DNA of 64,000 bases from Massalongia carnosa (taxonomy: Eukaryota). Shown here in pieces: positions 25,281-38,390 of the stretch. Every line of letters begins with the position of its first letter. The stretch's first letter is position 1. The position numbers and the translations under genes were made by a program. The stretch covers positions 372,001 to 436,000 of the forward strand of contig OZ287085.1 of the NCBI GenBank assembly GCA_965645245.1, given 5' to 3'. The notes under the pieces were generated by a model, which was not told the origin of the DNA, ran no database searches, and worked only from the letters and a program-made list of their open reading frames with translations.

Positions 25281-25479
25281 TCAACCGAGGCTTAGCTGAT
25301 ATTTTGTCAAAGACAGCGGAAGGATTGTATGGAATGGAAGACGGCCTTTTATGCAGAGACAATAAATGGTACGTACCATCAGGCGTATTGAGAGAAGCGC
25401 TACTGCGACAGAATTATGACGACCCCAATGCGGGCCACTTTGGAGTTAGGAGGACAGTGGAATTAATTCAAAGAAAATA

Positions 25480-25813
25480 TGTCCGACCGTTCTTATTGAT
25501 CTGGAAAATGATGTTCTCCTTGTCTATCTAAACTGGAAATTCTAGCTAGCTATATAGACCATTTCGCCACATTCTTTCATAATCTAGATATCTTCCAGCC
25601 ACTTCTATTTACTAATAGATCATTAGTGATCCGGAACCCATGCGAGGTACAATGCTTTGAAATCATTGAGTATTAGAAATCAGATATATGGCATAGAAAG
25701 AAATAGCATCTGAAAGATCGAGGCCTCGGTTATTAGTCCGAAATCACGTGCTTTTCCTTCAACAGGATCTTACTTCGGGAATTGGCTTGAACCACGGTCT
25801 ATTAATATCGACA
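25480..25813. mobile_element. Solo LTR (334 bp), TSD AAATA
   Basis: TGTCCGA...TCGACA; removing it rejoins integrase ...QRKY|YWPKMR. Confidence 0.85.
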
Positions 25814-26543
25814 AAATACTACTGGCCTAAAATGCGAAGAGACATCAAAAGTTATGTCGAAACCTGTACTTGTTGTCATCAGGTCAAGGCTCCAAGACAT
25901 AAGCCTTAATCGTCGGCCTCGCTTAGCTGCCTCTACACGAGGTGTACCACCTCTAGTCGGGGAAAGCGGTCTGCGTAGGCAAGTGATCTGCGTAGTTTCA
26001 ATTTCAGGATTTGTCTGGATTCACCCAGTTTATCACCTATTTTGCAGCTTTTTCTTCTCGACCGCAACCTACGACCGTTAGCTGTTATTATTCATATCAT
26101 AGATAGATATCAACTGCACATCCTAACTGCTCATTTATCAAACGGGAATGCATTATATTTTTTCCAATTTCACCAGTTTTATCCCCTATTTACAACTCAT
26201 TTGCGACGCCGTCTCATCATGACTTGCAACCTCCATTTGCTTTATTTTCAACCTCATTTGCAAATATTATTAATAAGTAGATATATATCAATTGCGCGTT
26301 CTAATAGTAACTTCTAGTCTGACGATAGCCCCCTTGATAAAAGTTAAACTGCTCATTCTCATCACCCTCATCACTCTTATCATTCTCATTATTCTTGTCA
26401 TGGAGAGACTGGGCACCTGCCAGTTAGTTCATTGAATCAACCTTAGCTGCTTGAACGAAGCACTAGCCGGTTAGCCGATCCGAAAGGAACTAAGCTTAAT
26501 CCGGTTCAGTCAGGGCAAAGGTAAGTGTTCCGACTATCAATAG

Positions 26544-26749
26544 TGTCATGGCGATAGTTTCATGCTAGGGACTTGGGGAAAATGGATCAACGGCTGGATT
26601 GGGACTAGTTCCGTTCGCCAGAGTCTTATACTCGCCCACGTTGGATTTTCTGTTTCTTTTCTCCTTTTCGAACGTCTTATCCACCTAGCTAGACAATCAA
26701 GTAACACGTTTGCACCACCTGAAGTCCTACCTGACCTCGCACCGTGACA
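26544..26749. mobile_element. LTR-like segment (TGTCATGG...CCGTGACA) truncating the Fot1 transposase; no TSD
   Basis: Inverted TG...CA termini; transposase homology stops at 26750. Confidence 0.5.
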
Positions 26750-27251
26750 ATTCTCAGTGTTGAACTCTGCAAGGACATCTTGGATAGCTTTATCATGCCA
26801 ATGCTTATAGGGTTGGAATACGCCCACATCAAGGGGTTGCATACAATGAGTCAGATGTGGTATCAGGGGGAGAGGGCGAATGTGAATTTCATTGGCAAGC
26901 TTTATAAACTCAGGGGTGCAATGAGTCCCATGATTATCCATGAGCATCAATTTCTACTGTTTTGTAGGTCCCGAGTTTGTATTCGCAATGAAATGCTTCA
27001 AAAATTCAATGGCTATTTCATCGGTGATGAACCCACTTTCTGATACTTCAATCAGAGTCCCCGTGGGCAGCCCTTCTTGGAACCAGTTCTGCATTATTCT
27101 ACGACCTTGCATGATTAAAACGGGAGAAGGTGGTTGATGAACGGCGGCGTTGATGCTTTCGATTATGATGAGAGATTTGCGATTTTCTGGACTGATTGAA
27201 TAGAACTCCTTAATATCTGATAGAACTAGAATTTCATGACCCTTCATACAC

Positions 27252-29239
27252 CGAGAAGACTCGGGACAGTCCCCCCCCCACCGTCCCCCCAGCGAAAATC
27301 ATTGCAAATTAGGACTAGCTAAAAGCCACCTCCCCATACTAAATATGTGCACGTCAACCGTCTCTCCGCAAGCTTCCTCTAACTAGCTGATTTAGCTTAG
27401 CCCCGCATTCTGAAAAATCCTCATCTATTCATACTACTACTATTACTACTATTACTACTACTCCTACCACTCATTGCGATGATCTCAATTCCGAAAATGC
27501 ATCTCTCAATTGCGAAACATCATCCTTTCTAGGCATCATAGTCTTAGCAACCTTTCTTGCAGCTGCGTTTTTCCTCTCCTCAGCCCTTGCTTGTTTGGCC
27601 GCTTGGTCGGCCCTCTGCTGAGACTCCAACTCCAACTGAGCCTTCGATTTTTTGGCTACCAGACTCCGTGACCCTCGTGTTGTTGTTGCAGACAATGTGA
27701 ATGATAGCTGACTAGTGTGGATGTTTTTTTGACTGAGGCTATAAAGGGAAGGAGCTTTTGAAGAACGAACCGTTTGGGAAAGAGCCTTTTGGCTATTTTT
27801 CGCCAGCACTTCATTAATATCCTCAAATGAATCGGAAGAAGATGCCGGGGATGGATGGATAAAATCATCATCTCATTCAGAGGGAGTGGAGGATCGGGGG
27901 TAGGCTGAGTTGCTATATATTGCAGGTCATCGTCGTCAGATACGATGATAGCATCTCCGGAATCTATACCGAATATTAGCCGCGCTACATCGATCGATTT
28001 GCTGATATCGTGGGTTTTTAATCATCAATCATACCCTTGTCTTCGCCGCCTGCCTGCAATTCATCCTCGTGCCTTCCTCTCCTCCCTTCTTCAATCGAGT
28101 CCTTACGTTTAGCACGTCGCTACTTAGCTTCATCTGCCTCAGCTGCCTCACGGCCAGTGTAAGCCCGCCGGCGACTACTACTCCTTTTATACATGAGATT
28201 GTCCTTCGGTCGGATTTTGTCGGGGAAAGTTGTAGGGATAAGGGGCCTCGCCAGCTTCTTATCCTGCCATTTTTTATTGAAAATAGCAGTGAATTTGGCG
28301 AATTCACGAGCGTATCCCTCCCTTCTATGCACATTTTATTGATTTATGGAAATCAATAGATTGATGTGCGGCCGCATGTAGCAAATCAACACCCCCGCGA
28401 CGAAATCTATCCACAGTATTATTGGCAACTGCCTTCTCGATCTCCTCTTCCGGCTCAGATTCTTGTCTTTGTTGAGCATTCCCCCCCTCATCCGCCTCCT
28501 CATCCTACTCTTCTATGGTCTTCCTGTGAGCTGCTCTCCGAAACATCTCAGCGAAACTTATGGTAGGATCGAAAACCACTCCCCACGAGACCATAAAAGA
28601 CGGGCCATCGAAAAACCAGCAGGGATGAATGAGGAAGATAGGTATGGGGATAACATCAATGACGCAATGATACAACCAGCATTTGCATGGAAGACCGTAT
28701 CGTGAAGGCAAATCACAATCATACATACAATCCTCACCGGTTGGTTCGATTAATGCAGTCCCTTCAACTCCAAAAGAAACCTGTTGATTGAAATCTTCGG
28801 CTAAAAGTAGAGCTGCATCCAACTCTCTAGGTATGAGGTCAATAGCATGATGAGTTATAAAACCTATTAAGGTCTTTGAACGCATTTCTATCCATTAGTC
28901 GGGGGTTGTTGATTTGTTGATGGTTGGTTGATATTTCGTAGTCAACCTGAACCCTTTGCTCTGTTTCGCATATTTTCCGCACCGAGTCCTTAATAGATGT
29001 ATGCCTATCTGTCACATTCTTTACCAACGGATGCAAACCTTCCACCCTTTGTGTGCTATGTGCACCTAAATTAGGGATAATTTGCCTAGGTATACAACGT
29101 TCTCAGCTAGAGGAAGAGACGGTGAACGAGGTATATGCACCTAATTATTTAGTATGGGGAGGTGGCTTGTAGCTAGTCCTAATTTGGAATAATTTTCGCT
29201 GGGGGGACGGTGGGGGGGGGACTGTCCCAAGTCTTCTCG
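27252..29239 (-). mobile_element. Mutator-like (MULE) element, internally deleted, ~70-bp TIRs, 9-bp TSD TTCATACAC
   Basis: TSD at 27243-27251 and 29240-29248; TIR CGAGAAGACT(C/T)GGGACAGTCCCCCCCC; SWIM-like CDLPSRYGLPCKCW and RVEGLH remnants. Confidence 0.85.
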
Positions 29240-32200
29240 TTCATACACTCAACTCAAAATCCTGCTTCATCAAAGCTCCAGATATCTTGTGAATGAGTTA
29301 GCCTCAACTGTGCAAGAACCCGCTGATATCGATCAAACCATAATCTTACATCTGACTCCTGAGCCGCAGTATATCGAACAACTGCCAGCAGCTTAGTCTT
29401 TATCTTGTGCAGGCAATTGTCTTTCCACCATTGCCTAAACCACCGCGGACTTAGATCATTGAATTCGGCATCTTGAGCACGTTTCAGAGTATTAATGGCA
29501 GCGAAAACCACTTTATGAGTAGGTTGAATGCCATACGTAATCAGAGATCGAATGAATTCGTGAATGGCTCTGACCTTATGCTCCTCCAGTATTTTGTTCT
29601 GCCCTTCAATTTTCTTCGGCGGCGTCTTTTCACGTTCAATTAAACTGTATAGAGTGATGTCGACGAGGTTGAAGATTCGAGCAGCGCAAACGATGCTCTC
29701 CTTGGGGTTTTCTAATAAAAACTGCTTAGCATTTTGCACGCGCTTTGCAATAGAATCACTGGTTTTAATAAGGTTCTTATTCATGATGCTGCTGCTATTC
29801 ATGATTGAGGTGCGGAGCGGTTGATGAAATAGGGAGAGAGTGATTGACGAAATAGGAGGCATGCAACTGATGCGGTCGCGATTGAATAAAGGTAAATATC
29901 CCGGTTAATCAATGAGTAGTTAGGATGTGCAGTTGATATCTATCTATGGTATGAATAATAATAGCTAAAGGTCGTAGGTTGCGGTCGAGAAGTGTTGCAA
30001 AAAGCTGCAAAATAGGTGATAAAATGGGTGAATCCAGACAAATTCTGAAATTGAAACTACGCAGATCACTTGCCTACGCAGACCGCTTTCCCCGACTAGA
30101 GGTGGTACACCTCGTATGGAGGCAGCTAAGCGAGGCCGACGATTACGGAGAATTGGTGTCGTTGCCAATCCCCAAAGGACCTAGACAGAATTGGACAATA
30201 GACTTTATAACCGACCTTCCACCAAGCATTCGGCAGGGGCAATTTTATGACTCCATCCTAGTAACGATAGACAGGTATACGAAATTCTCTCGTTATATAC
30301 CCGCATGAAAGGACTGGGAAACTGAGAACATGAGCGATGTCCTTGTCGGAGAAATATTTACCAAATTCGGTATGCTAGTGTCGATTGTAACAGATCAGGG
30401 AAGTCTTTTTACCTCCAAATTCTGGTCGCACTTCTGTTATTACCTCCGAGTACGGCTCAATTATAGCACAGCCTTCCATCCTCAAACCGATAGGCAGACG
30501 GAGAGACAAAACCAAACCTTAGAACAGTACCTGAGGTTTTATGTGAAGTATCAGCAAGATGACTGGTTATATTAGTTACCAATAGCTGAGTTTGCTTACA
30601 AAAATAGCTTGCACAGCGTTATCAACATGACACCGTTCGAAGCAATGTCCTGGGAAGCCGCAAAGTTGGAAGATAATATTCTCGAAGCAAGGGACAGCGA
30701 GACCCCAGCGGCTCGCTTTGAGCGTTGAACATGCTGAAACAAAGAGAAAAGATACAGAAACTTCTCAATAAGGCTGTAAAATCTCAAGCTAAGTTCTACA
30801 ATGAAAACCATATGCCCAAGACATACAAAGTAGGTGAGAAAGTCCTGCTGAGCGCTAAAAATATCGAGTCTACTAGGCCATCCAAGAAATTAGATTATAA
30901 ATATTATTGACCATACGAGATAATAACTCTCGTGGGGAAGAACGCTTACCGCCTGCGACTGCCCAGCTTACTGTAGGGAGTACATAATTTATTTCATGTC
31001 TCCTTGTTAGAACCCCACACTATAGATCTAAAAAGAGGATCAGAAGAGCCTCCCGCAATAGAGGTCGCGGGGGAAGAGCAGTGGGAAGTAGAGAAAATCC
31101 TAGACAGTAGGATTCATTATGGTATATTCCATTACTTAGTGTAATGGTTAGGCCACTCAGATACAGATAATCAATGGTTACCAGTCGAAGACATGGAAGG
31201 ATCTCAGTACCTGATTAGAATATATCATCAGCAATATCCAGCAATTCCTGATGATTCTCACGTCAAGAAAAGACGGAAGAGGAACAAGAAATGAGAGGGG
31301 ATAAAGATTGAAAATCCAAAACTTCACTCTATCTAATGGCTGTCGTATCCCTTGCTAACGCCCTGAAAAAGCAAATCACTCCTCATTGACCTTGTAGTCA
31401 TCAAGGTCAATCCCCTCCCATTCTTCCCACGTATCCTTGTGAGGAGGGAAGGCAACACCGTACGACCCGCGAGAGGCCGGAGAGTTCCCGGTGGGAGGAG
31501 GAGCCACACGGGAAGTAGGCGCACGCACACCATCTCCTGAAGGCCCGCGATAGGCCGGAACGGGAAGGAAGCGACCGCAGGGGCGGAGGAGCCGGGGACG
31601 GAGGAGCCGAGGACGGAGACACAGAGGACGGCGCAGAGCGAGAAGAAATTGATATGGCCTCACTAACCGCAAGAGAACGAGCTGAAGACCGAGCAACAGA
31701 AGGGAAATCGCCAGGAATACGTACTTCGCTCAGACCAGAAGGCGGAAGACGTCTTCCACTACCGCGAGGTAATGGGAATCCCCGAGCTCGTCAGGGGACA
31801 AGGAAGAGGCAGAAATAACACGGTGTTCTGGAGTTTTGGGCATTATGATTGTGCTTGTAGAAGGGAGAATGGAAAGAGAAAGATGGGGAGTTTTATGAGA
31901 AGTGGGGGATTATTCACACTTTCTTCACGAAACCTCACTGGAATTCACTACACTGGCCGATAACTCACCAGTTCTACTGGAGGTATGACTCAAACGACAT
32001 GAACGGAGATTCTGGATGCAGCGCTTGAGTCGCATGTGCGAGACTCTGAAGGCAAAAGCATGAATCATGTTCGGAATGTCAAAGAACTCATAACAGGGAA
32101 CTCTGACGGGGGTTAGGCTGAGGATGGATTGAGACTATACACAACGCGACAGCAAGCTCATGAGGACATGAGCCCTAGGAGGAGGGTACTGTCAGGACAG

Positions 32201-32786
32201 CTGCCTACAAGACATGAAGCGGTCGCACACTTTGCAGAGGGGGTGCGAGGGAAGACACCCATGCGATAGTCTCAACCGGTCCAATCATGTAATAGTAATT
32301 AGTTTGACGAACGCGGCCTGATCGAGGTGGGGCTATAGGATAAAGAGCCCTTCGCCCACCTCTTTCGGAGGGCCACTGATCAATCTATTGATTACACTCC
32401 ACCTACTGCTATTTCATAGCGACTCCCATTCTATTGTCCTACCACTACTGTAGAGCTATTTAGTCACACTGTTCGTACTTCGCTTCACAGACTGCTGCAT
32501 CAACGAAAAAACGATTAAATTTACGACAAATATATGATAAATATGATTTTACGATTGACTATATTAAATGTTATTATTTCAAACACGTTGAATCTATGAT
32601 ATAAGTGTTCACATATTTACTAATATGACGAATTAAAACTTCAATGTTATTAGTAGTCGATTGATCAATACAATCTGACGAAATCTTTCTCGCGTCTGAC
32701 ATATCGTCAGCTTCTATTATCCTCATATTATCAACAATTAATCATAATACATATTTTTCATCAGTAACTTCTGAACCTCATGCACA

Positions 32787-35162
32787 TCAATACAGGGAGA
32801 TACAACTTCCCCATTCGTTTAACATCTGTCCAACTATGACAAAGCCCCAAACAGGAGCCACAAAGACACTCCATGGCAAAAATGCCAGTGCAACAATAAC
32901 CGAAGGTGGTGGACTATTCATATCTATGGAGCTGGGTATCAGAAAATACTCATAAATTTGTATCTTCTCCAAGAGATAAGCTGGTAGCCAGACGATGTAT
33001 ACCAAAATTTCTGTCACATCAAGGAGAGGCATCAGCAGCCCGAGTATGCTCCCACTGCTCCACCAGAGTGGTATTATGATGCGCTGGGTTAAAGAACTTG
33101 ATCCAGGCTGAAACTGAGATAACTTGTCAACTATGATAATGGGAACACAGCTGATGAAAAGCCCGAAGAAGATAGGCAAGAGGGCTGAACTCCACGTGAT
33201 GTCAGTGATTGATCTGGGTGAAGAAGCAGACGGATAGTTTATTTCGCTGGTCGCGGTTGCGCAGACGACATGCGTGCTGTTCATAATCGCGGCCGCTAGG
33301 TTTTTCTGTGGGATAGGATCGTCATAGCGCTGGAAGCGGGAGCAAGATCGGTGGTATACAGTTGTTTGCGTTATCTGGTCAGGCTGCTTAATGCGCAGCG
33401 CCCTTATTCCAAAATTCTTGCGGTACCATCCCGTAAACGAGTTGGACTTCGAGCCCGGGGGGGTTCGAAGCTTGCCGAACCATTGTTGTACCTTACGTCT
33501 AGCATGCTGTGGATGGAAGACTGACCAGATCAACAGGAAAATTCCATAACTGAATGAGACCAATGGGCTGAGTGTTCTTATAGGCAACCTGGGATTTCTG
33601 TTCCATTTTTTAAGGGAGCGTCCAGCGCGGTGTGGATGGCGAATGCAATAATTTAACCCGAAGTAGACCCATAACAAAGTATTCGATCTCAACTGTGCAA
33701 AAGGCTCACCCTTAAGACTTTTGAAGATGCTGTCAAAAATCCCTTCATCACTCGCGGATATTGAGGAGACTTTGTAGATACTGCATACTTCATTCTCCCC
33801 AGACCGCATCTGCAGGAGGTAGCTGTTGTCGACTCCCTTCGAAACAGCGGTACAGGTTGCGGGTCTCATAGTCATTGGAGAGGTTTGCTGTTTCAAAACT
33901 CTAACGAATGCGGTCCAAACGGCTCGCTTGATGGACGTCGGTGAAATTCCTTTCCAGGTTGTGGCAAATCCGGATCCGTAGCCATTGTCATTCACGGGTC
34001 CGACAAGAGGTATGATCCGACCGACTACTCCCTCAAAAGCCCCACCTGCTTCTATGGCTTCGTCCATGGTCTCAGAATGAACCATATAAAGTGTTGCATA
34101 GTCGGGCGTAAGTAAATTACTGATACCATTGCAGAACGACATGATAGCATAGGGGAGCGGTGTGAAGAAGAATGACACGTAGCCCCAACGCTGAACCTGA
34201 CCGCCATGATGCCGATACACAGTATAATATGCGAAGAGTAACTGGAATATTGACGCTAGAATCTTTAGCACACTTCCACTCGACGCTATGTCGCTGTTCC
34301 GCTTGATCCGTAGTGGTGGCGAAGCCGCTGTTGTCAGACTTGGGATTACTGCAGCAATCTCTCCATGATCAATAGAATTCGAGATCCTCGGCACCACGAT
34401 AGTATTCCGTGGAAGAATGGCGAATGAGTAGCCACGTGGAAGCCTGTATGTCCCATGGATATCAAAGAGAAGAGTATTGACTGTAGTCCGTCCCCAGACA
34501 GTATCAAAGAATATCCACCAGCGTTGGTTTTCCTTCAGCCACGTTGGGTGATAGATCTTGAACGCCGCAACTGTCTGTCTATCAGCTGCTTGGGAATATA
34601 GCCGGAATTGGTGGGAAAACTCACGCTTTGCGTTATTTGTGTCATTTTCTACGGCATCGTCATTGGACAGCGTTTCAGCGTTTGTAGCGATTTGAATTTG
34701 AGCATTCCCGGACGATTCCCGTGTAGCAAGGACGACCTGGAGACTGTCATTCGTCCTCGGTCGCCAGGTGGAATTTCGTACGACAACACATAGAGCTCCA
34801 GCCCGACAGGCTTTATCAAGCTCGGTTACGCCGAATCTCACCCCTCTGGCCATGGCGTTGAGTCCACGCATTAAGCCCGAGGTTGGAAACAGCAACGCGA
34901 GAGTCACGTTGCAGACCGTCACAGGCAGTTTCTCTCCAGGTACCGACTTGATGGTAGCAATATGGGCCACAAAGTTCCCCAAGAAGAAAGTCGCCATGGT
35001 GCGCAGGTTTGTCGGCGGGCACAGGATTCGAGAACTTCCATGTTGAGTAGTGCCGTTGGGCATCTCGACCGTCAAAGGAACTAGAGGCGAGCAGGTGGCT
35101 GCCGCCAGATTCGAGAGAACACCATATACAATTGATGCCCAACGGAAATAGACGAACATCAT
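32787..35162 (-). CDS. Uncharacterised multi-pass membrane protein (~790 aa); a short intron near 34575-34625 is possible
   Basis: Long ORF with an N-terminal hydrophobic segment and several TM-like stretches; FFLGNFVAHIAT, ALLFPTSGL, RAGALCVVVR motifs typical of fungal hypothetical proteins. Confidence 0.7.
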   Translation of the reverse strand: MMFVYFRWASIVYGVLSNLAAATCSPLVPLTVEMPNGTTQHGSSRILCPPTNLRTMATFFLGNFVAHIATIKSVPGEKLPVTVCNVTLALLFPTSGLMRGLNAMARGVRFGVTELDKACRAGALCVVVRNSTWRPRTNDSLQVVLATRESSGNAQIQIATNAETLSNDDAVENDTNNAKREFSHQFRLYSQAADRQTVAAFKIYHPTWLKENQRWWIFFDTVWGRTTVNTLLFDIHGTYRLPRGYSFAILPRNTIVVPRISNSIDHGEIAAVIPSLTTAASPPLRIKRNSDIASSGSVLKILASIFQLLFAYYTVYRHHGGQVQRWGYVSFFFTPLPYAIMSFCNGISNLLTPDYATLYMVHSETMDEAIEAGGAFEGVVGRIIPLVGPVNDNGYGSGFATTWKGISPTSIKRAVWTAFVRVLKQQTSPMTMRPATCTAVSKGVDNSYLLQMRSGENEVCSIYKVSSISASDEGIFDSIFKSLKGEPFAQLRSNTLLWVYFGLNYCIRHPHRAGRSLKKWNRNPRLPIRTLSPLVSFSYGIFLLIWSVFHPQHARRKVQQWFGKLRTPPGSKSNSFTGWYRKNFGIRALRIKQPDQITQTTVYHRSCSRFQRYDDPIPQKNLAAAIMNSTHVVCATATSEINYPSASSPRSITDITWSSALLPIFFGLFISCVPIIIVDKLSQFQPGSSSLTQRIIIPLWWSSGSILGLLMPLLDVTEILVYIVWLPAYLLEKIQIYEYFLIPSSIDMNSPPPSVIVALAFLPWSVFVAPVWGFVIVGQMLNEWGSCISLY

Positions 35163-35790
35163 TCACCTCAGATAGATGGTATCGAAAGAACCGCGAAAGT
35201 GGAAATGAAGTATGATGGGAGAACACCAGGCGAATGTTGGTCGGAGAGTAGAGAAGGTTCCTGTGTTATGAGAAGCATAGTGGCTGTGCTTACCGCCAAA
35301 GAAAGATTAATGTATATGCGCCTGCAGGGCTATGCAAGGCAAGGATTTGGGCACTCAAAACCCGTCGACTGTCGAATTCTGACCAGCTAAGCTCGAAAAT
35401 CATGGGACACGGGATACGACGCTCATAATCTAACACTGTCACTATCGATGCTGTGGATATTGATATTGTTTATGGAATATCTGTTAAAACACACCAGTGT
35501 GGAGTGGAGTGGAACTCCACCGGGTCGGTGGCAAGTCAGGTGATGAGTCAGGTGGTCGGGTGCTGGCGTCTTGGCGTTCCGGTTATATGAGTCATCTTTC
35601 GGGATATTCATCTTCGGATCATACTGCTATCAACACATACAGCTATCATAGACACTTTCATTCGTACAGCTAGTCGGCCATTGATGGGCTTGACGATTCA
35701 TTCATCGATGCAGTGAGGCTCTGTTGATCCGGTCATTTGTTTGTTTGTTTCATCCTTCTATCGTTCGCCACCACCCAGTTTATCCCTTCA

Positions 35791-38390
35791 CACCAGCTTG
35801 CTGGGGGCTAGTGAAGTTGTCACCGTGACGGACGGCACCAGGCGTGTAAGCGGGATAGGACCGGACGCTAGCAGGGAGGTGAAAAACTCTTCACCTCCTC
35901 CATCCCCCATCTCTTCTCTCTTTCCTCATCAACACTCATCAAAAATCGGGTTTCGCTGTTTTTACACACACACACTCACACACACGCAAACATATTATTC
36001 ATATTCTTACACCAAAGCGGGCGAGAGAATCGCCAGACGATTCCTCCCCGTGGTGCGACCGGCAGTCGGGGTCGAGGCAGACCACACGCGGCCGGGGAGG
36101 CCGAGTCACACCTCAATCAGACTCTAGAGAGGCCACAATAGTAAATGAGTCACGCCACTCCTTCCCCGAGGCAATCCCGCCTCCAGACCGTCGCGCGGCC
36201 CTCAGGGCGGAAGCCGAAAGGCTACGAGCCGAAGCAAAAGCCAGAGAAATCGAGCAAGAGGAGAGCTCGAACGCGAGATACAACGTCTCAGAGACGAAGC
36301 GGTGCTGTCTCGCACAGAATCCGCACCACCCACAAATTCTTTAATACTACCAGCGAGACCGAGCGCGTTCGCGACATTTCATGCTGAGGGTGCGTCTCCT
36401 ATGTTCCATTCTCTGATAGCTCGATTTCCAATGGTAGACACGGAGCACTTCAAAAACATCCGTGACAACAAGTTCAAAGTGGAGAATATTATAAAGCTGT
36501 CGACCGAATACGAGTCGGTTCAGCCCAAAAACAAATATCTAAGAATCGGGTCGACCGAGGTGGAATATCGGGAAGAGGACGCCCTGGCCTCGGACGCACG
36601 AGGAATCACACATCTTCTTCGCGCGTTTCTCATATACTGTCAAATCGTCATTCACATCGCTCACGCGGGCACACAAATGGAACTACAAGCGGCAATGCAC
36701 GTCTACATCGATCAATTGCTAGGATGGTCTCTTCTATACACGTTCGAATCAATTCGTCAATTCCACTTCGGGTTTCATAAATCCCGCCTGGTGGAGGGCG
36801 TGGACGACCCGCGCGGTTGGCGGACCCCGAACAGAGGTTCAGAAGAACGAAATCTCCGTCGAAAAATCGATTACAACGCTGGCCCCGATCTTCGTCGAAC
36901 ACAGAGCACGAATTCGCTCGTTCAACGCATGTCAAGTCAAGACGATCAACGCGGCATAGCAGCGTGCAGACGATACAACAACGGCGGCGATTGGCCAAGC
37001 AACTGCACATTTCGTCAGGTTTGCGCGTCATGCGGACGCCAGCATACGCAACGCGATTGTCGCATGCGCCTCAATCCATATCCTCCACAGCAAAGCAAGC
37101 CCAGTTGACTATCCGTCTCAAGCGCTCTCTCGTTCATTTCCGAGAGAGACACCGACGCGGATGCGGACGAGGTACGATGCCCACTGAAGTCAGCGGGATG
37201 GAAACGACGATTGGAGAAACATCCAGACAGTGTCTATAGAAGGACAATTCTTAACATCATTCGATGTGGGGCAAGGATTGGCTACACAGGGCCAAAACAG
37301 CGTATCATAAGCCCGAACCTATCTTCTGCCAAAGATGCACCCGAGGTGTTGTCCAAAGATCTGGACGAAAAAATTCAACATCACCGTGTACTACCCGTAC
37401 GGGAACCACCGCCTCACTTTATGTCCTCCCCACTGGGCCTCGTCCCCAAGCCCAATGGCAAATGGCGAAGAATTCATCATCTGTCTCATCCACGCAAGGG
37501 CTCGGTCAATTATCACATTCCCGCTGAATGGGGCGCCCTAGAGTACACATCATTTGACGAAGCACTAGAAGCTCTTCTTGACGTCGGACGAGGAGCATAC
37601 CTCGTAAAACGCGACTTCGCGGACGCCTTCCGGCACATACCCGTCGCAAGAGCGGACTGGTGGCTACTGGGTTTTCAGTGGAACAATTCTTATTGGATGG
37701 ACATCTTCCTCCCATTTGGTCTTCGTACCTCCCCATTTATCTTCGATCTCTTTGCGAAGGGAATAAACTGGATATTAGTCGTTCAGAACTGGCTAGTCCT
37801 ACATTATTTAGATGACTTCCTCGCGATTGTCAAGACGAGCAAGGAGGCATCCCGTTACGAGTCCGCGTTCGACACGTTGTGCGACGAGTTGGGCATGCGT
37901 ATAAACGCATCAAAGGGAGAGAGGGGGCAAATCTGCGATTTTCTCGGGTTAACACTAGACACCCAACGCATAGAAGCCCGCCTACCTCCCGATAAATTAA
38001 AAAAGGCCATCGAATGGGTCAACAGCGCATTGACGCAAGACTATATGTCCAAAGACGAATTACGTTCCCTGCTGGGGTTTTCTATCATTTGCGGCCAAAG
38101 TGGTCAAACCATGCAGAGCCTTTTTACGCCGCCTATTTACCGCCTTCGGCGAAGACACGGGTCGGATCCGCATAGTCGGCGACATGCGACTAGATCTATT
38201 ATGGTGGCAATACTTCTTGCCCCGATGGAACGGGGTTCAAATCTTACGATCGCTGAATACTAGAGAGGAAATTCGTCTATGGACAGACGCTTCGGGAACA
38301 TGGGGAATGGGCGGGTACTATTCGGTGCACCGAACCCCACACTCCACCGAAGCGGGCACGCTTTCTCGTCATTCAGATACACAAACACTA
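35791..38390 (+). mobile_element. DIRS/Ngaro element copy 2 (gag, RT, start of RNase H), cut off by a Tc1 element
   Basis: Near-identical inverted copy of ~5667-8365; homology ends at TA 38389-38390. Confidence 0.92.

Larger units (their letters stand above)
25909..30143 (-). mobile_element. pogo/Fot1 element with ~230-bp TIRs and TA TSD; transposase broken
   Basis: Long inverted repeats at 25909-~26135 and ~29910-30143; removing the element rejoins integrase HKPY|GELVSLP; WSFDEAGF, MDNHGTH, HCMQPLDVG. Confidence 0.9.
25281..32489 (+). mobile_element. Ty3/gypsy chromovirus 3' part (integrase, chromodomain, PPT, 3' LTR), split by nested insertions
   Basis: GHFGVRRT..RKYYWPKMR..C..C, TIDFITDLP, VTDQGSLF, HPQTDRQTER, FHVSLLEP, WEVEKILDSR; PPT AGGAGGAGGGTAC at ~32177; LTR TGTCAG...TTCACA at 32190-32489. 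Confidence 0.88.

Noticed and set aside
23599..25362. 587-aa ORF starting at 25362
   Set aside because: The first ~34 codons are the antisense of gypsy integrase; the LINE ORF1 more likely starts at the ATG near 25260.
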